Shown here: one piece after another, positions 37,356 to 46,691 of the stretch
How the letters are laid out: every line of letters starts with the position of its first letter
Position numbering within the stretch: position 1 is the stretch's first letter
Assembly: GCA_022566415.1 (NCBI GenBank)
Contig: JADFIY010000001.1
Location: 1 to 53,460, forward strand
Reading direction: 5' to 3'
Source of the DNA: Acidobacteriota bacterium
GTDB lineage: Bacteria; Actinomycetota; Acidimicrobiia; Spongiisociales; UBA5794
DNA length: 53,460 nt
The notes under the pieces: model-generated
Seen by the model: the letters and a program-made list of their open reading frames with translations, nothing else
Databases searched by the model: none
Told to the model about the DNA's origin: nothing
Made by a program: the position numbers and the translations under genes

Positions 37356-37913
37356 ATGACCGAAATCGACCCAAAAGGCCATTTGGTAGAACATCTGCGC
37401 CACCACTCGGTCCGGACCGACGGCCCGTTCACGCTGCGCTCCGGCGAGACCTCAGACTGGTACATAGACGCCCGACAAACGACCTTCGACGGCTGGGGCG
37501 CCATTTTGGTCGGCGAAACAGTGCTTGCCGCTCTCGACTCCCGGGTGACCGCAGTCGGGGGAATGACGCTGGGCGCAGACCCGATTGCGGTTGCCACCGC
37601 CATCTCTGCGGCGCGCGCTCGCAAGCCAATCCAATCGTTCTCCATTCGTAAGGAATCCAAGGATCATGGCACCGGCGGCCGCCTGGTAGGCCCGGTGGGC
37701 GCCGATGACGTGGTCGCCGTGCTCGAAGATACGACGACGACCGGGGCCGCCCTGATCGAGGCAATCGAGGTGCTCATCGATGCGGGCATCGAGGTGGTAC
37801 AGGCGATTGCTCTTGTCGACCGGAGCGGCGGCGCGGTTAGTGCTCGCCTCGCCGAAGCCGGCGTCCCGTACATTACCCTGATCACCCCGGAAGATCTTGG
37901 AGTGGCACCGTGA
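37356..37913 (+). CDS. pyrE: Orotate phosphoribosyltransferase
   Basis: FTLRSGETSDWYID and the PRPP loop VLEDTTTTGAA. Start could be ATG 37356, GTG 37353 or TTG 37329. Confidence 0.9.
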   Translation: MTEIDPKGHLVEHLRHHSVRTDGPFTLRSGETSDWYIDARQTTFDGWGAILVGETVLAALDSRVTAVGGMTLGADPIAVATAISAARARKPIQSFSIRKESKDHGTGGRLVGPVGADDVVAVLEDTTTTGAALIEAIEVLIDAGIEVVQAIALVDRSGGAVSARLAEAGVPYITLITPEDLGVAP

Positions 37914-38494
37914 AACTGCTCCAGGTGCACCGGTCGCCGATACGGCTTTTTCTCTTCGGGCTGGTCGGTCTCGTGCTCATGGTGACCGCGGTGGATGTGA
38001 TGTGGGGTCACTGGGTTTCGACGCCACCGGAATCTCAAGACGGCCTCCTCACCACCACCGGGGCGAACCAACAACGTGCCGACTTCTTTTGGGGAGTTCC
38101 GATGCTGTTGGCCGGTGTCGGGCTTTTCGGCTACGCCGTAATCTCGCTGTTGCAGCGAGAACCGGTGTTGGTTTTGCGTGACGACGGAGTCGAGTTTCAC
38201 GTCGGAGCGCCTGGCACCGGTCCAGCGTTCGTGCCATGGGACGCCATCGTCGATGTCTACCTTGCGCACGATCCGGACCCGGACGACGGGTCACCGACCG
38301 ACGTTGTGGTGTTCGTCGTGACCGACACTCATCTTCTCCCGGAACAGCCGTGGGATGCGCAATGGGAGGGCAACAGGCTGAAGGTGAACGCCACCAGCTG
38401 GGAACGCCACTCGGAGGACGTCGTCGTCCACGCCAGGGTGGCCATGGAGGCGTTCCATCGTGATCGACCTCTCGAGGACCGCAACGATGGCTGA
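37910..38494 (+). CDS. Hypothetical membrane protein (two N-terminal TM helices)
   Basis: 194 aa. GTGA overlap with the pyrE stop and overlap with the nfo start suggest an operon. No recognised domain. Confidence 0.6.
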   Translation: MKLLQVHRSPIRLFLFGLVGLVLMVTAVDVMWGHWVSTPPESQDGLLTTTGANQQRADFFWGVPMLLAGVGLFGYAVISLLQREPVLVLRDDGVEFHVGAPGTGPAFVPWDAIVDVYLAHDPDPDDGSPTDVVVFVVTDTHLLPEQPWDAQWEGNRLKVNATSWERHSEDVVVHARVAMEAFHRDRPLEDRNDG

Positions 38495-39284
38495 CTACTT
38501 GATAGGGGCACACGTCGGGTCGGAGGATCCATTGCAAGCCGCCGCGGCGAGATCGGCGGACGCCGTCCAGATCTTCCTTGGCAATCCGCAGTCGTGGAAG
38601 AAGCCGGACCCTCGCGACGACGTGGATGCGCTGAGGGCGAACAAGCTCCCGATTTATGTGCACGCCCCGTATCCGATGAACCTGGCCTCCGGCAACAACA
38701 GGGTTCGCATTCCATCGCGCAAGACCCTCGCCCATATTGTCAGCGCGGCAGCTGAGTTCGGCGCCGCAGGGGTGGTCGTGCACGGCGGGAGCGTGGAGGA
38801 CGACGAAGACCTCGCTGTCGGGTTCGAACGGTGGCGCAAGGCGTTGGACTCCTTCGATGTGACCGTACCGATCCTCGTCGAGAACACCGCGGGCAGCGGC
38901 AATTCCGTGATGCAGGATTTGAATAACTACGGCCCGCTGTGGGAGGCGATAGGGGACTACGACGTGGGTGTGTGCCTCGACACCTGCCACGCCTGGGCCG
39001 CGGGTGCCGCCATGGAGGACGCAGTCGCCCTCATCGCCGGGCTGACAGGAGGTATAGCCCTTGTCCATGCCAACGATTCACGAGACCCGGCAGGTTCCAA
39101 CCGTGACCGCCACGAGAACCTGGGTCACGGCGAGATCCCAGAAGAACTGCTGGTTGGTGTAGTCCTCGCAGCAAAGGCAACTGCGATCGTTGAGACCAGG
39201 GGCGACTCTGAGCAGCAGGCGGCCGACATCGCCTGGCTGCGCGAGAGGCTCGAGGCCGGTACCAATTCACCAGGTCAGCCCTGA
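38487..39284 (+). CDS. nfo: Deoxyribonuclease IV (AP endonuclease family 2)
   Basis: [35 protein letters not shown] and HANDS motifs. Start at ATG 38487. Confidence 0.9.
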   Translation: MADYLIGAHVGSEDPLQAAAARSADAVQIFLGNPQSWKKPDPRDDVDALRANKLPIYVHAPYPMNLASGNNRVRIPSRKTLAHIVSAAAEFGAAGVVVHGGSVEDDEDLAVGFERWRKALDSFDVTVPILVENTAGSGNSVMQDLNNYGPLWEAIGDYDVGVCLDTCHAWAAGAAMEDAVALIAGLTGGIALVHANDSRDPAGSNRDRHENLGHGEIPEELLVGVVLAAKATAIVETRGDSEQQAADIAWLRERLEAGTNSPGQP

Positions 39285-40645
39285 GCGTTGCGGATGAGGC
39301 GGCAGAAGAATGAGACCGCCGATTCGGCATCGGATGTCCGCACGCGTTCGCCGGTGCCGTGGATTCGGGTGAGCGACTCCAGGTCTCCGGTGAACCCATT
39401 GAATCTGTAGACATCGCCGGCGAAGTCTCTCAAGTGCCGGGAGTCTGTTGCGCCGCTCGTGACCCACGGCGCAACCGCGGTATCGGGAAAGGTCTCTTCG
39501 ATGCTCCGCTTCAGCACTGTCCACGCATCGGACTCAGTGGAAGAGAATTGGGTTGGCTCGGTGCGCAGGTCGCCGAAGGGCGCGGCCGAAACGTTGGGCC
39601 CAACCAGCTTTTCGACATGGGCGATGACCGATTCGGTGGAGTCGCCAGGCACGATGCGGAAGTTCACCACGGCGGACGCCTCCTGGGGAAGGACGTTCGG
39701 CTTCACGCCTCCAGAGACCATCGTCACCGCGGTGGTGGTACGGATGGATGCGGCAGTTTGCGGCCGCCTGGTGAGCATCTTGGCGACGATTGGCCCGAAA
39801 AGCCACAGGTTGGTCAGCACGAGGCGGAGCCAGCGATTCATCCGCGGAGCCAACGCCGCGAACTGCGACTCGAGTACTTCGATGTGTGTGGGAAGCGGGT
39901 TGGCCTCGAGGCGCTCGATGGCGGCGGCGAGCTTTCCGATCGCGGTCGACCTGGGGGGGATGGACGAGTGGCCACCTTCGCCAACGGCGATGAGCTCGAG
40001 GTTGAGGTAGCCCTTTTCCGCAGTGCCAACCAGGGCAACGGGCTCGCTGGTGAGTGGGGGGATCTCGTCGACTACCCAACCGCCCTCGTCCACCACGAAC
40101 CAGGGGCGGATACCGCGCTTGCGAAGCAGCTCTGCTGTCCGCTTCGTACCCTCCAGCCCACCGATCTCCTCGTCGTGGCCGAACGCGATGATCACGGTTC
40201 GGTTCGGTTCGAAACCGCTCTCGAGTAGATGTTCCACTGCCTCCATCACCGCAATGAGCGGTCCCTTGTCATCGAGGCTGCCCCGGCCCCACAGCTCGCC
40301 GTCGACGGTCGCTCCGCCGAACGGGTCGTGGTCCCAGTCGTCCTCGGTCCCGGGCTCGATTGGGACGACATCCATGTGTGCCATCAGCACGATGGGGTCG
40401 GCCTCGGTGTCGGTCCCTTGCCAGGTGAATAGCAGCGAGAGGCCCGTCACGGTCTCAACGAGGCAGCGTTCGTGGACGAGGGGGTATGTGTCGCGCAGGA
40501 ACGCATGGATGGCAAGGACGTCGCCCGGATCGTTGCGCTCGCGGTCCTCGTGGGAGACGGTCGGCAACCGGATCGCCTCAGCCAGGTGATCGAGGAATGC
40601 CTGCCCGTCGATCCCGGGTTCGTGGACTGGAGCGGTGCGGTCCAC
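39275..40645 (-). CDS. M20-family metallopeptidase
   Basis: [26 protein letters not shown] and HGTGERV motifs, 456 aa. Confidence 0.88.
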   Translation of the reverse strand: MDRTAPVHEPGIDGQAFLDHLAEAIRLPTVSHEDRERNDPGDVLAIHAFLRDTYPLVHERCLVETVTGLSLLFTWQGTDTEADPIVLMAHMDVVPIEPGTEDDWDHDPFGGATVDGELWGRGSLDDKGPLIAVMEAVEHLLESGFEPNRTVIIAFGHDEEIGGLEGTKRTAELLRKRGIRPWFVVDEGGWVVDEIPPLTSEPVALVGTAEKGYLNLELIAVGEGGHSSIPPRSTAIGKLAAAIERLEANPLPTHIEVLESQFAALAPRMNRWLRLVLTNLWLFGPIVAKMLTRRPQTAASIRTTTAVTMVSGGVKPNVLPQEASAVVNFRIVPGDSTESVIAHVEKLVGPNVSAAPFGDLRTEPTQFSSTESDAWTVLKRSIEETFPDTAVAPWVTSGATDSRHLRDFAGDVYRFNGFTGDLESLTRIHGTGERVRTSDAESAVSFFCRLIRNAQG

Positions 40646-40654
40646 CGAGGTGCC

Positions 40655-41137
40655 TCAGTATCCGCCGCTGAGTTTCCGGTAGTCCCAAGACACGACTTCA
40701 ACCGGTTCAACAACCACCGCCGTCTGTTTTGCCGCGAAGCCGGCGAAGTACTCCCTGACCTCTTCCTCGGGGGTGGCGCCCGGCTCGACGCCGGCGAAGA
40801 ACGCATATCGGTTGGCGAGTGCCACGTATAGATCGAGGCAATAGTCGGCGTCGTCGACGAGGTTGGCCTCGCCCTTGACCATCACTCCTCGTAGCTCGGT
40901 GTAGCCAGTTCCTTCTTCGACGAGCACGGTGAGGTTGGGGTCGCGGCGCAGGTTCAGGATCTTCTGCGATTTCGAGAAGGATCGGAACACGATCTTGCCG
41001 TCTTCGACGACGAACCACATCGGAACCAGGTGCGGATAACCGTCGGGGTCGTTCGATGCGACCTGGAGGGACTTCTGCCCTTCGCTGAGAAACTCGAGGA
41101 GCTCGGCCTCGGTCATCGATATGTCTTTGCGGGCCAT
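40655..41137 (-). CDS. PPOX-class (pyridoxamine 5'-phosphate oxidase-like, probably F420/FMN-binding) protein
   Basis: 160 aa. LQVASNDPDGYPHLVPMWFVVEDGKIVFRS is a typical split-barrel N-terminus. Confidence 0.78.
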   Translation of the reverse strand: MARKDISMTEAELLEFLSEGQKSLQVASNDPDGYPHLVPMWFVVEDGKIVFRSFSKSQKILNLRRDPNLTVLVEEGTGYTELRGVMVKGEANLVDDADYCLDLYVALANRYAFFAGVEPGATPEEEVREYFAGFAAKQTAVVVEPVEVVSWDYRKLSGGY

Positions 41138-41312
41138 GGGACCACGCTAGCTGTCCCGGAATCCCGGAGAGTTTGGTAGCGTTGTATTCCAGGAACCGCA
41201 GGCACGGGCGACCAACGGGCCTCCGAGGCGGCCGATGCCACACCCGGTTCCACAGTGGAGAGACTGCACAGACGTTCCCCCAACCCGAAGCGGTGGGGAG
41301 AGAGGAGCAGCA

Positions 41313-42176
41313 ATGGCCAAGATCACCGCCCCCGGTATTCGCTCGCGCAAGGGCGGAGCAAGGATCAGGATGGTCACCGCCTACGACCACCCATCTGCGG
41401 TTATCGCCGATCGGGCCGGTGCCGACATCATTCTGGTCGGGGACTCGGTAGCAAACGTCGTCCTCGGCCACGAGGACACCCTGGCCGTGGATGTCGACGT
41501 CATGGTGCACCACACCGCGGCCGTGTCGCGGGCCAAGCCGGACGCGCTCGTAGTCGGCGACATGCCATGGATGAGCTATCACGTCTCGGCCGAGGACACC
41601 GTGCGCAACGCCGGCCGCTTCGTTCGCGAGGGCGGCGCAGGAGCCGTGAAACTCGAGGGCGGAAGGAAACGACTCGAGGCAATCGAGAAGGTCATCGATG
41701 CCGAGATCCCGATTATGGGCCATCTCGGGCTCACCCCCCAGTCCATCCACACCATGGGCGGATACAAAGTGCAAGGGAAACAGGCACAAGCGGCGTATGA
41801 GCTCATCAGCGACGCTCAATCGCTGGCCGGTGCCGGAGTGTTCGCTCTCGTGCTCGAGGCGGTCCCCGACAAGGTTGCCGAGATCGTCACCAGGGAGATC
41901 CCGATCCCGACCATCGGCATAGGTGCCGGCCCTCACTGCGATGGGCAGGTGCTCGTTTACCACGATGTGCTCGGCCTCGGCAGCGGCGACTTCCAGCCGA
42001 AGTTCGTCCGCCGTTACGCCAACCTGGCAGACGACGCCGTCGCCGCCATGAAACGATTCTTTGCCGACATCGAATCTGGCGATTTCCCTTCGGAGGAAGA
42101 GACCTACCACATGGCTACAGACTCCGCCGAGATTCTCGCCGGCCTGGCCGATCTGGAGGCACACGCCAAACAGTGA
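41313..42176 (+). CDS. panB: 3-methyl-2-oxobutanoate hydroxymethyltransferase
   Basis: MVTAYD, LVGDSVANVVLGH, VKLEGG and GHLGLTPQS motifs. ATG 41313 is preceded by GAGAGGAG. Confidence 0.95.
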   Translation: MAKITAPGIRSRKGGARIRMVTAYDHPSAVIADRAGADIILVGDSVANVVLGHEDTLAVDVDVMVHHTAAVSRAKPDALVVGDMPWMSYHVSAEDTVRNAGRFVREGGAGAVKLEGGRKRLEAIEKVIDAEIPIMGHLGLTPQSIHTMGGYKVQGKQAQAAYELISDAQSLAGAGVFALVLEAVPDKVAEIVTREIPIPTIGIGAGPHCDGQVLVYHDVLGLGSGDFQPKFVRRYANLADDAVAAMKRFFADIESGDFPSEEETYHMATDSAEILAGLADLEAHAKQ

Positions 42177-42185
42177 CCTGAGCAA

Positions 42186-42414
42186 GCACCGATAGGTGAC
42201 CCGTCGACAGAAGGGGGAGCCCTGTTCCCGCTCACGGCTACGGCCCGCTCGGGCCATGACTCCGCAAAATCGATCGTCGACTGAGACCGAATCGAGCTCT
42301 ATCTGCGGAGCGCCATTTTCCCGTTCTCGCCGCTTCGCGGCGGGCCGCTCGGGCCACGGCTCCGCAAATGGTCTTTTCAACGAGGACGGATCGCGCTTTA
42401 TTGCGGAGCCTCTC
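42186..42414 (+). repeat. Hairpin-repeat family, locus 4 (leader + 2 units, period 100 nt)
   Basis: Leader GCACCGATAGGTGACC-CGTCGACAGAAG at 42186. CTCCGCAAA at 42260 and 42360. The 3' arms are 42302-42311 (degenerate) and 42401-42409. Confidence 0.88.
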
Positions 42415-42436
42415 CGGCGCGGTACGGTTCCGTTCC

Positions 42437-42883
42437 ATGGCAACCCGACTGCTGGCGCTGGTTTTCGTGGCGGCCACCGTTGTCGCGTGCACTGGATCGT
42501 CGGCGCCCACCCTGGCGGGTTTGACTTCAACCACCATCTCCATCGACAACAACGAGCTCACCGTGGCCGTTGCCGATACCCCGCAGGCTCGCGGCCGGGG
42601 GTTGATGGGCATCACCGACCTCGGTGAGTTCGACGGCATGCTGTTCGTGTTCGATACCGACGTCGAAACCGGGTTCTGGATGAAGGACACGCTGATCCCG
42701 CTCGACATTGCCTTCTTCGATGCCGACGGGCTGGCCGTGGACCGGCTGCGCATGGAGCCATGCACCGCCGACCCGTGCCCGACGTACAACGCGGCGGGTC
42801 CGTACCGGTTCGCCGTCGAAGCCCTTGCTGGTGACCTGAGCTTTGTCGGTGAAGGTTCGGTGTTGGCTCTGCTAGATGAGTAG
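42437..42883 (+). CDS. DUF192-family lipoprotein
   Basis: Lipobox VVAC, then GLMGITDLGEFDGMLFVF...WMKDTLIPLDIAF, typical of DUF192. Start at ATG 42437. Confidence 0.8.
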   Translation: MATRLLALVFVAATVVACTGSSAPTLAGLTSTTISIDNNELTVAVADTPQARGRGLMGITDLGEFDGMLFVFDTDVETGFWMKDTLIPLDIAFFDADGLAVDRLRMEPCTADPCPTYNAAGPYRFAVEALAGDLSFVGEGSVLALLDE

Positions 42884-42960
42884 CGAAATAGCGAAGTAGC
42901 CCAGTAGCCCAGTAGCGAAGGAAGACACTGATCTACTGATCTACTGATCTACTGGATGTA
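42881..42960 (+). repeat. Ten phased octamers starting with the DUF192 stop codon
   Basis: TAGCGAAA TAGCGAAG TAGCCCAG TAGCCCAG TAGCGAAG GAAGACAC TGATCTAC TGATCTAC TGATCTAC TGGATGTA, a single 8-nt register over 80 nt. Confidence 0.88.
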
Positions 42961-43063
42961 CACTCCCCGCCACAACGCGACCCCATCTAGCTGAGATCGC
43001 GACGCAAACGATCCTGTCCCTGAACGGGACCATCCGCCGCGCGGATGTCCAGAGGAGCTTGAC

Positions 43064-43357
43064 ATGCGCTCGTATGAGCTGACCATCATTCACCGGCCCG
43101 ACATGGCCGAAGCGGATGTTCAAAAGCAGATCGCGGAAGTTTCGGCGACCATTGACACCAGCGGATCGGTCACTGGATCTGACTTCTGGGGAAAGCGCCG
43201 CTTCGCTTACGAGATCGACCACATGAACGAGGGTTATTACTCGGTGCTCGATTTCGAAGGCGACATCAACCTTGTCGAGGCCCTGGACCGGGCACTGGGC
43301 CTCTCCGACGCAGTGGTTCGCCACAAGGTTCTGCGCAGGGTCGATCGCGAGAGCTGA
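43064..43357 (+). CDS. rpsF: 30S ribosomal protein S6
   Basis: MRSYELTIIHRPD..., 97 aa. Operon rpsF-ssb-rpsR-rplI. Confidence 0.95.
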   Translation: MRSYELTIIHRPDMAEADVQKQIAEVSATIDTSGSVTGSDFWGKRRFAYEIDHMNEGYYSVLDFEGDINLVEALDRALGLSDAVVRHKVLRRVDRES

Positions 43358-43423
43358 TTTCGTGTCACAGGCTCCCGGCAGGATGCAGGGGCGCAACGCG
43401 AGAGTGAGAGAAGAGAGAAGCGA

Positions 43424-43876
43424 ATGAGCAATACGAATAGCGTCACCCTCATCGGAAACCTCGTCGACGATCCGGAGCTCCGGTTCACGCCGTCCGGCGT
43501 CGCCATGACCAAGATTCGCTTCGCCGTCAACAAGCGGTACCAGAACCGCGACGGCGAGTGGCAGGAAGAGACCAGTTTCTTTGGCGGCACGTGCTGGCGT
43601 GATATGGCAGAGAATGTCGCCGAGTCTCTGCAGAAAGGCCTGCGCGTGATCGTCGTCGGCGAGCTCCAGCAGCGGTCGTGGGAGACGCAGGAGGGCGAGA
43701 AGCGGTCGGTCGTCGAGGTCGACATCAAGGAGATCGGGCCATCGGTGCGGTGGGCAACCACCACCGTCACCAAGACGCCGAGGGACGGAGCGTGGGCCGA
43801 CCAGAGCGACGAGAAGGTAGCCGCGGCCGCCCCGGTCGCCAAGACCGACTACGGCCCGGACGAGGCGCCCTTCTAA
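43424..43876 (+). CDS. ssb: Single-stranded DNA-binding protein
   Basis: [32 protein letters not shown] is an OB fold. The acidic tip is DEAPF. Confidence 0.95.
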   Translation: MSNTNSVTLIGNLVDDPELRFTPSGVAMTKIRFAVNKRYQNRDGEWQEETSFFGGTCWRDMAENVAESLQKGLRVIVVGELQQRSWETQEGEKRSVVEVDIKEIGPSVRWATTTVTKTPRDGAWADQSDEKVAAAAPVAKTDYGPDEAPF

Positions 43877-43892
43877 ACAGGAGAACACCCCG

Positions 43893-44189
43893 ATGCCCAG
43901 ATCCAAGGATCGCAAACCGAAACGCCGTCGTCAGCGGGACGAGCCGAGGCGCCGCAAGCGGATCGTCCACAAGTTTGCCGAGGACGACTATGTCGACTAC
44001 AAGGACATCGCCTTGCTGCGCAAATTCATGTCAGACCGCGGCAAGATCCGGTCGCGACGCGTCACCGGGCTGAGTGCCAAACGTCAACGCCAGGTTGCCA
44101 TCGCAATCAAGAACGCGCGTGAGATGGCCATGCTCCCGTACATGTCAACGAAGCAACCTTCGAAGCAGGGGTCGAGGCAACGGCGATGA
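43893..44189 (+). CDS. rpsR: 30S ribosomal protein S18
   Basis: [50 protein letters not shown]. Confidence 0.95.
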   Translation: MPRSKDRKPKRRRQRDEPRRRKRIVHKFAEDDYVDYKDIALLRKFMSDRGKIRSRRVTGLSAKRQRQVAIAIKNAREMAMLPYMSTKQPSKQGSRQRR

Positions 44190-44632
44190 GACTCATCCTC
44201 ACCCGCGACGTCGACGACCTCGGTCACAAGGGCGATGTCGTTGACGTGGCTGACGGTTACGCCCGCAACTACCTGGTGCCACGTTCATTTGCCATAAAGG
44301 CAACCGACGGGGCGCTGCGACAGGCCGAAACGATGCGCCTTGCCCGCGAGGAAGCGCTGGCGGCGGCCAAGGATGAAGCGGAGACCTTTGCCCAGTCCCT
44401 GACCGGGACCAGGGTGGTCATCGCTGCTCACGCCGGCGACGAGGGCAAGTTGTTCGGATCGATCGGCGAGGCCGACATCGCGGCTGCCATCACCAAGTTC
44501 ACCGGCATCGAGGTCGATCCCAAGCTGGTTGTGCTCGATGCGCCGATCAAGGACATCGGCCTCCACGAGGTCGCGCTCCAGCCCCACCGCGATGTGGAGT
44601 TCATGGTGACCCTGGACGTGATACCTGCCTGA
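44186..44632 (+). CDS. rplI: 50S ribosomal protein L9
   Basis: [33 protein letters not shown], 148 aa. Confidence 0.95.
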   Translation: MRLILTRDVDDLGHKGDVVDVADGYARNYLVPRSFAIKATDGALRQAETMRLAREEALAAAKDEAETFAQSLTGTRVVIAAHAGDEGKLFGSIGEADIAAAITKFTGIEVDPKLVVLDAPIKDIGLHEVALQPHRDVEFMVTLDVIPA

Positions 44633-44636
44633 GGAA

Positions 44637-44706
44637 GTCATCAGTGCTCAGTCTTCAGCCTTGAGTTCGGATCACGCTCTTGCTGACGACTGATGACTGA
44701 CGACTT
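44637..44706 (+). repeat. Heptamer-phased array after the rplI stop
   Basis: GTCATCA GTGCTCA GTCTTCA GCCTTGA, then 21 nt (3x7), then ACGACTG ATGACTG ACGACTT, all in one 7-nt register. Confidence 0.7.
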
Positions 44707-44875
44707 AACGGCGCTCCGTCGCGAAAACAAAGCGGGCGTGGCACAGTCACCGACACGCGACTGCGCGTAAGCTTCTCCCACTTCCCGCACCGCCCGCGGC
44801 GGTCCGACGCGTTCGCGTCATACCCCCGTGCGATGCTTTGAGTAGGACCAGGCCAGGCGAGGACAGGATGAATCT

Positions 44876-46234
44876 GTGACGAGCGTTGCCGAACGCCCAG
44901 CAGCTCGGACGCTGCAAGTTCCCCCACACAGCGTTGAAGCGGAAGAGTCGGTCCTCGGTGCTGTGCTGCTGTCGGCGGAGGCCGCCAACATTGCTCTCGA
45001 GAAGCTGCACGGCGAGGATTTCTATCGACCCGCCCATCAGCAGGTTTTCGAGGCGGTCCAGGGGTTGTTCGATGAGAACGAGCCGATCGATGCGGTGACG
45101 GTGTCCGAAGTTCTGCGGCGCGACGGCTCCCTGGAACTCATGGGAGGCATCGATTTCCTCACCCGACTGCTCGATGCGGTGCCGACGACCTCCAACATCG
45201 ATTACTACGCCGACATCGTCGAGGAGCATGCGCTGCGGCGTCGTCTGATTCGGGTCGCAGGAACCATCGGCTCGATCGCAGGGGAAATGCAGGAGCCGAT
45301 CGCCGACGTGCTCGATCGCTCGGAGCAGGAGATCTTCCTCGTTTCGGAGCGGCGGGTTGGCGCCGGCCTCGCCTCCATCGACCCGCTGCTTGGCCCCGCC
45401 ATCGAGAAGGCGGAGGAGCTCCAGCGGCTCGGTGAAGAGGTGACCGGCATACCTACCGGCTTCCGGGACCTCGACCGGAAGCTCGCAGGGCTGCACCCGA
45501 CCAACCTGTTGATCGTGGCGGCCAGGCCGGGCATGGGAAAGACAGCACTTGTGCTGAACATCGCCCAAAACGTTGCCCTCCAGGGCAAACCGGTGGCGAT
45601 CTTCTCCCTGGAGATGAGCCGCGAGGAAATCGTATCGCGGATGTTGTGCGCGGCGGGCAGGATCGATTCGCAGCGACTCCGCACCGGGCACCTGACCGAG
45701 TCGGACTTCACCAAGCTGTCCAACGCGGCCAGCCAGCTGTACAAGAAGCCGATTTTCGTTGACGACTCTCCAGGGCTCACCGTGACCGAGATCCGGGCCA
45801 AGTCGAGGCGGCTCCGCCGCCGCCCCGGGCTGGGGCTTGTGATCGTCGACTATCTGCAACTGATGCACGGCTCGGGCGGTGAGAACCGGCAGCAGGAGAT
45901 CGCGCTGATATCGCGGTCGTTGAAGAACCTGGCGCGCGAGCTGGAGGTTCCCGTCATTGCCGTGTCTCAGCTCAACAGGGCGCTGGAACAGCGTGAGGAC
46001 AAACGGCCACGGCTCGGCGATCTTCGTGAGAGCGGGGCTTTGGAGCAGGATGCCGACGTGGTGATGTTCATCTACCGCGACGAGTACTACAACCCGGACA
46101 AGGTGGAGTCCAAAGGGATTGCCGAGGTCGTTATCGCCAAGCACCGGCAGGGTGCGGTGGGGAAGGTCGCGATGACCTTCCTCCCCGAGTTCACCCTGTT
46201 TGCCGACATGGGGAGGGACGTCCCGGTTGCTTAG
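44876..46234 (+). CDS. dnaB: Replicative DNA helicase DnaB
   Basis: PPHSVEAEESVLGAVL, Walker A ARPGMGKTA and IVDYLQLM. GTG start, no intein. Confidence 0.95.
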   Translation: MTSVAERPAARTLQVPPHSVEAEESVLGAVLLSAEAANIALEKLHGEDFYRPAHQQVFEAVQGLFDENEPIDAVTVSEVLRRDGSLELMGGIDFLTRLLDAVPTTSNIDYYADIVEEHALRRRLIRVAGTIGSIAGEMQEPIADVLDRSEQEIFLVSERRVGAGLASIDPLLGPAIEKAEELQRLGEEVTGIPTGFRDLDRKLAGLHPTNLLIVAARPGMGKTALVLNIAQNVALQGKPVAIFSLEMSREEIVSRMLCAAGRIDSQRLRTGHLTESDFTKLSNAASQLYKKPIFVDDSPGLTVTEIRAKSRRLRRRPGLGLVIVDYLQLMHGSGGENRQQEIALISRSLKNLARELEVPVIAVSQLNRALEQREDKRPRLGDLRESGALEQDADVVMFIYRDEYYNPDKVESKGIAEVVIAKHRQGAVGKVAMTFLPEFTLFADMGRDVPVA

Positions 46235-46280
46235 CCTCGCCTCGATCGCGAGCCAACGGTTCGCGACTCTAGCTATGGGC

Positions 46281-46620
46281 GCGCACGATAGGTGACCGGT
46301 CGTCTCGATATATGTACAGCGATTTTGCCCGCTCTTGCCGCTTCGCGCCCGCCCGGGCCCCGGCTCCACAAATGACCTCACCGACACGCGGACCTGATCG
46401 CTCCGTATTTGCGGAGCGCCATTTTTCCGCTCTTGGCTACGGCCCGTTCGGGCCACGGCTTCGTAAATTGGCCTCGCTGACAGAGACCGGGTCGCGCCGT
46501 ATTTTGCGGAGCGCCATTTTTCCGCTCTTGCTGTTTCGCAGCGGGCCGCTCGGGCCCCGGCTCCGCAAAATTGGCCTCGCCGACAAGAAGCTGGATCGCG
46601 CCGTATTTTGCGGAGCCTCC
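46281..46620 (+). repeat. Hairpin-repeat family, locus 5 (leader + 3 diverged units, periods 95 and 102 nt)
   Basis: Leader GCGCACGATAGGTGACCGGTCGTCTCGATA at 46281. The 5' arms are at 46362, 46457 and 46559. The 3' arms TTTGCGGAGC are at 46408, 46503 and 46607. Confidence 0.9.
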
Positions 46621-46691
46621 AGGGCGTCTCGAGTCGCGGAACGGGACGCGTCCAAGGTCTGGCGAGCGCAACACCCCGGTAGCATCGACGA

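Noticed and set aside
37900-37916. Additional parS sites (GTGAAAC half-sites at about 10087, 20793, 37907 and 41646)
   Set aside because: Only one arm of the palindrome is present, and the other half has 4 or more mismatches to TGTTTCACGTGAAACA.
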